NCBI GenBank assembly: GCA_030167865.1
Contig: JALAGF010002086.1
Location: forward strand, 62,001 to 112,300
Reading direction: 5' to 3'
Length of the DNA stretch: 50,300 bases
From: Craspedostauros australis
Taxonomy: Eukaryota
Position numbers and translations under genes: made by a program. This document shows positions 48,841 to 50,300 of this stretch, piece after piece (the stretch's first letter is position 1; every line of letters begins with the position of its first letter). The notes below the pieces were generated by a model, which was not told the DNA's origin, made no database searches, and saw nothing but the letters and a program-made list of their open reading frames with translations.

Positions 48841-50300
48841 ATGGGTAACTCTTCGTCGTCGTCATCGCCGCCCTCACGGCCGCAGCTGCAATCTTCGACA
48901 GAGGCATCGTCATCGGAAACACTGCAGCCGAAGCGATCTTCGGAATGGCCATGGCAGCGCTACCTCACGGGACGCAGCCCGCACGAGGCCAAGTTGCTCA
49001 TCCACGGCCTGAATGGCGCAGGCAAAACCACTCTGCTGATGAAGTTCAAGCAACCATCGATGGAGATTGGCACAACAATTCCCACAATCGGATATAACGT
49101 GGAGCAGCTCAACTACAACGGGTACACCCTGGATGCCTGGGACTTGGGTGGGAGATGCAAGATGCGGGCCTCGCACTATCACTTTTATCCACACACGGAT
49201 GCCATGATCTTCGTCATCGATTCCGTCGATGGGGATTATCTCGAGGAGGCTACGTTTGAAATCAACAAAATCCTGGCGGAGGACGCGCTGGCGGAACTGC
49301 CGATGTTGGTGTTTTGCAACAAGCAGGATCTGCCAAATGCTCTCTCCGTGGCCGAGATCGCCGCAGCAATCGGTATCAATGAGTCGGGCATGCACAAGGG
49401 CCACCCCATCATGATCACTGGTGGCTCGGCGCAAAAGGGAGTAGGAGTGACCGAAGCATTGATACAGCTGACGAACGTGATGAAGAAGTCGCAAATGAAT
49501 CAGCGTTGGGAGATCGTCCAGAATATGGCGCAGCAGCAACGCACAGCATTGGTCGATGCTTCCGTTCCTGATCTGTTGGGATATCATCCTGTCACCAACA
49601 ACCTCGTCCTGCAACGGTTCAACATCATCAAGAAGCAGACAGAGTGCCCATTCGCACGAGTTGCCAAGCTCTGGGGCGCCAAACCGACACCACACAGTCC
49701 CAACAGTGCGCCTGCCTCACTCGTAGAAAGCGCACAATCATCAGCGCCTGCGTTGGCGGAATTCGTGAAGCGCTCCAATGCTGGCGAGGATTTGGACGGA
49801 TTCTGCGTGGAGCTAGACGATCCTTCGGCGCGAGAAGGTGGTCCGGATCAGTTGGGAAAGTGCGTGCGCATCTTCCTCACGGCCTTGGCCAAAAATGATC
49901 CTTCCGACAAGGAAAACACCTGCATGAAGAATTCAAGGTTCATTGGACGAGCGGGATGGACCTTCCAGTTTTGCAAGGCCCGGTTCTTCCTCACAGTGTT
50001 TGCCCCATGCTACCCCGAAACATCTTCACGGTACGGGTTTGGATCATCCCACGCCTTCCTCCTCTTCCAGCCCGAAGAATCTTTCCTGCGACACGATCTG
50101 CCACCGGATACGCCACACACCGCATGGGATCATCCCAAGACGGTGCGAGATCGAGCGCGGGTGAAGTACTCCCGGGCCGGTCGTAAGTACCACATTCCGG
50201 ACTCGGTAAGCTATCCAGCCGCCGAGCATATTGTGAAGCCGTTGAATGAAGATGGAATGCAGGTGGTGAGGTGGTGGACGGATAACGAGAAAGACAACGA
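48841..50300 (+). CDS. ARF/ARL-family small GTPase fused to a YqcI/YcgG-like domain; 3' end beyond the right edge of the window
   Basis: Manually translated open frame from ATG 48841 to the window end (486 codons, no stop, no intron needed). MGNSSS myristoylation motif; G1 GLNGAGKT; TTIPTIGYNVE; G3 WDLGGR; IFVIDS; G4 NKQDL; G5 GSAQKG. The GTPase is followed by TECPFA (Cys at 49645), GWTFQF…FFLTVFAPCYP…SRY…LLFQP..SF and EHIVKPL…VRWW. Confidence 0.85.
   Translation, partial: MGNSSSSSSPPSRPQLQSSTEASSSETLQPKRSSEWPWQRYLTGRSPHEAKLLIHGLNGAGKTTLLMKFKQPSMEIGTTIPTIGYNVEQLNYNGYTLDAWDLGGRCKMRASHYHFYPHTDAMIFVIDSVDGDYLEEATFEINKILAEDALAELPMLVFCNKQDLPNALSVAEIAAAIGINESGMHKGHPIMITGGSAQKGVGVTEALIQLTNVMKKSQMNQRWEIVQNMAQQQRTALVDASVPDLLGYHPVTNNLVLQRFNIIKKQTECPFARVAKLWGAKPTPHSPNSAPASLVESAQSSAPALAEFVKRSNAGEDLDGFCVELDDPSAREGGPDQLGKCVRIFLTALAKNDPSDKENTCMKNSRFIGRAGWTFQFCKARFFLTVFAPCYPETSSRYGFGSSHAFLLFQPEESFLRHDLPPDTPHTAWDHPKTVRDRARVKYSRAGRKYHIPDSVSYPAAEHIVKPLNEDGMQVVRWWTDNEKDN

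Overview
This is eukaryotic nuclear genomic DNA, not prokaryotic: it has GT-AG introns of about 150-560 bp, no operons, and a diatom-style bipartite plastid presequence, so it is most likely a diatom or related stramenopile. I reconstructed about 18 protein-coding genes by hand, joining exons the ORF track splits or misses. They are: a UBR1-type N-recognin E3 (runs off the left edge), an M14 carboxypeptidase, Rrp17/Nol12, a dynamin-related protein, an ArfGAP, a Tudor-like protein, a plastid-targeted unknown, V-ATPase subunit a, Mak21/CEBPZ, a putative mitochondrial unknown, an 80-aa spliced membrane microprotein, a VHL-beta/zincin metallopeptidase, CSN7, ICMT, an atypical importin-alpha-like protein, CSN2, a myristoylated LRR protein, and an ARF-family GTPase fusion (runs off the right edge). 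The last gene is the best novelty candidate and is absent from the ORF track. It is an intronless, N-myristoylated ARF/ARL GTPase with the catalytic switch-II Gln replaced by Arg, fused in frame to a domain resembling the bacterial YqcI/YcgG family (which includes heme-dependent N-hydroxylases). Other points of interest are an importin-alpha-like protein with no IBB, a degenerate major NLS site and an added Zn-finger; a bacterial-like VHL-beta/zincin protease; seven head-to-head gene pairs; and an enriched non-coding TACTCGT motif. All family assignments come from motif recognition by eye; no searches were run.
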